A stretch of DNA of 62,996 nucleotides, the filler included, from Basidiobolus ranarum (lineage: Eukaryota): assembly GCA_040143965.1 (NCBI GenBank). It is 26 parts of 26 records of this genome, joined end to end, with 100 filler letters (N's around TTAATTAATTAA, not from the genome) between each part and the next. Parts side by side here need not be neighbours in the genome. Positions count along the whole stretch, not along the records: positions 60,679 to 62,996 come from JASJQH010010359.1; 25 more parts are not named here. The stretch is one strand, 5' to 3'. The notes beneath the pieces were generated by a model, which did not search any database, was not told where the DNA came from, and saw nothing but the letters and a program-made list of their open reading frames with translations. The translations under genes were made by a program, and so were the position numbers. Positions 60,830-62,996 of this stretch are shown here, in pieces (the first letter of the stretch is position 1; each line of letters begins with the position of its first letter).

Positions 60830-62996
60830 GGTAATCTATTCAAGCAACGAAACATCTACTTGTGGCAGAACATTTGTTGACTGCAAGTTGGGGATATATT
60901 GGCTGAATTCTTCATGGAAATTTGCCAAAATCCAAGAGCTCATTCTCATTGTGAATGGTAACAAAAGTCAGCTATTTGCCAAGTGTCAGTGCTATTCAAG
61001 AATTCAATATGTTTCACAATTTTTCTACCATTAGTTTGCTGGTAAAGAATATTGATATTGTTGAGTTATGTCCAATCATTCAAGTATGTGCATATGTAGA
61101 GACTAAACACAACAAGATTCTTGTATTTTTCGTTTCTCATTATGGCTGGAATACAAAGCCTAAAATATCTAAATAAAGGCATGCATATTGATTCAAATTC
61201 CTACAACAGTAAACCCAGAGATTTGCCTTTTGAAAATTATATTTTGCAAAAATTGCTGCATATTGAATAATCCATGCCAAGTTTGATGATCAATATTTTA
61301 TCATGTATGAATACCATAACAATGCTGTCAAGAGACCACCATCACACCATCAAAATCCCTGGCAGAAGGCAAGCCACCAATATTGTGATGGTTCTCTGAA
61401 GGTTTTGCTCTTTTGGAGGGTGGATCCAATCCGGATCAAATTGATTTCATTTTTGTCAGGGAACTTATTCCTGAAGGGAAACATATGCATGAAGTAGTTC
61501 TAACAGATGAAGAAGAAGAAACTTCTGAACAAAAAAGAATAGATTCTGACACTATAACAGAGAAGCTAACATGTAGAGAAGTCAGGGCAGCTTTCAAAGG
61601 AAAAGACTTATTGGCATTTAGGGGAATATGTCAAAGACCAGGATCACAACAACTTCTGCTAGACAGAGATGCTGACTCTGCAAAGAATGCATGGGAAATC
61701 CTAGTGGAACATCATGAGCAAAAAGGGCTTGCTCACTTGATACTGCTACAAAGAAAATTCTTAAACTCTTATATGTTTGAGGATTCAGATGTTATGCCAT
61801 ATGTAAAAGCCCCTAAAAAAAATAAAATCAATTTGATCTGGATTGGATCCACCCTTCTAAATTGCAAAACTGTCAGAGAACTGTAACAATATTGGTGGCT
61901 TGTATTCTGCCAGGAATTTTGATGATATGACAGTGGTTTTTTGATGGTATTCTGATGGTATTCATACATGTAAAAATATTAATTCTAATATTTCTCATGC
62001 ATTTTTAATTTCTGGCAATTTTCACAAAATATAATTTTTGTATAATAAATTACTGGGTTTACTGCTGAAGTAATTCAAACTAATATGCATGCCTTTATTT
62101 AGATATTTTTGACTTTGTATTCCAGCCATAATGAGAATCAAAAAACACAAGAATCTTGTTCTGTTTAGTCTCTACACATGAACATACTTGACTTATCAGA
62201 CATAACTCAACAACATCTATCCCTAACAGAAATTTGAGGATTGTTATTGTAGGAAAACCATCACAATCTTAATCCATGAGGGATTGACCGTTTACTTACC
62301 ATCATAAAATCGTCAAGTTAGCTTTGATTTTAATCAATTTTTTCAGTTTCAGGAGTGAAATTTCAAGATCTTGCAAAATAGTTGCACATATTTGGCTACA
62401 ATCTCAGTGAGCTATGGAGCAACACATGTGCAAAGAACATAACTCAAATTTTACACAAATACCATTTGAATGCTAATTTGTCATCTTCAAAATCCCTAGT
62501 CTCTTTAATGTATTCTTCTGAAGAATTTTATAGAGTTCATCCTACCAAAGGTTTAGCTTGTACCCAACACAAGTTTCTATCAATATCTCCATCAAAGACC
62601 ATAATTGTATTAAAGTTGCTAAATCAACACTCTCCCAGCTATCTGGAAGATACTCTGCAATATTGTGCCAATATGTATAAAGTTCTTCCCCAATATTTGC
62701 ATGGTCAACACCAGACTGAATGTCAAGTTGAATGTTCTTCTTGTGAAGCCACTTTATGCATGCTTACACTGCATTTTTCCCTTCAAACTTTTGCAAATAC
62801 TCCTCAAGCACTTTGACTATTTTTGTACATCCTTGTAGTGTGACACTACTGAGGGTGCTTTGCAGTGTTTGTGTGGCTTTTTGCTTGCCTTTCCCTCACA
62901 AACCTTAAAGCAATTTGATCCGGCATGGAGCCACCCTCCAAACAAGCCACCCCAGCAGAGAACCCTCACAATATTGCTGGCTTGGATTCTGCCAGG
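60830..62996. mobile_element. Four CMC termini (right 61461, right 61811, left 62221, degenerate right 62893) around a copia gag fragment (61462-61810)
   Basis: TIR matches; gag SAKNAWEILVEHHEQKGLAHLILLQRKF (UBN2-like). Confidence 0.88.

Noticed and set aside
61303-61497. Recurrent HHQNPWQ.ASHQYCDGSL ORFs as a small gene family
   Set aside because: Translation of the repeated CMC 3' subterminal DNA; the frame is not conserved from its upstream ATG among copies
330-62816. Most 60-130 aa ORFs in the ORF track
   Set aside because: Alternative frames or antisense of TE fragments and LTRs, or ORFs running into N linkers

Overview
This window is not one locus. It is 26 unrelated contigs of about 2.3 kb, sorted by decreasing length (2338 down to 2318 bp) and joined by 25 identical artificial 100-bp linkers (N44-TTAATTAATTAA-N44). 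The DNA is eukaryotic and almost certainly fungal: short GT-AG introns, fungal-type copia PBS, a subgroup-C-like GH18 chitinase. Most of it is decayed, nested, strongly CpG-depleted transposon sequence. This includes Ty1/copia retrotransposons with several LTR families (my labels A, C, D), a Ty3/gypsy chromovirus, and many pieces of one CMC/EnSpm (CACTA-like) DNA transposon. That transposon has CCCTAAC termini, a Tnp2-type transposase and a second, divergently oriented ORF. Host genes keep their CpGs: an alcohol dehydrogenase (5' part), a complete WRN/EXD2-like exonuclease with a mitochondrial-type leader, an isochorismatase-like and an NmrA-like gene (3' parts), a killer-toxin-type GH18 chitinase, a catalase pseudogene and a cluster of small secreted Cys-rich peptide genes. 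The most interesting observations are: (1) a 282-bp LTR with a full tRNA cloverleaf inside, preceded by a 51-bp PBS+PPT-only internal region (TRIM/Helenus-like) and fused exactly at the PBS to the LTR of the resident copia; (2) interstitial retroposon-like 3' ends (AATAAA, CACC-N4-GGTG hairpin, C-run) that finish in variable-length telomeric TAACCC tails; (3) the reconstructable two-ORF CCCTA-type CMC element. All coordinates and family assignments were made by eye; no searches were run.
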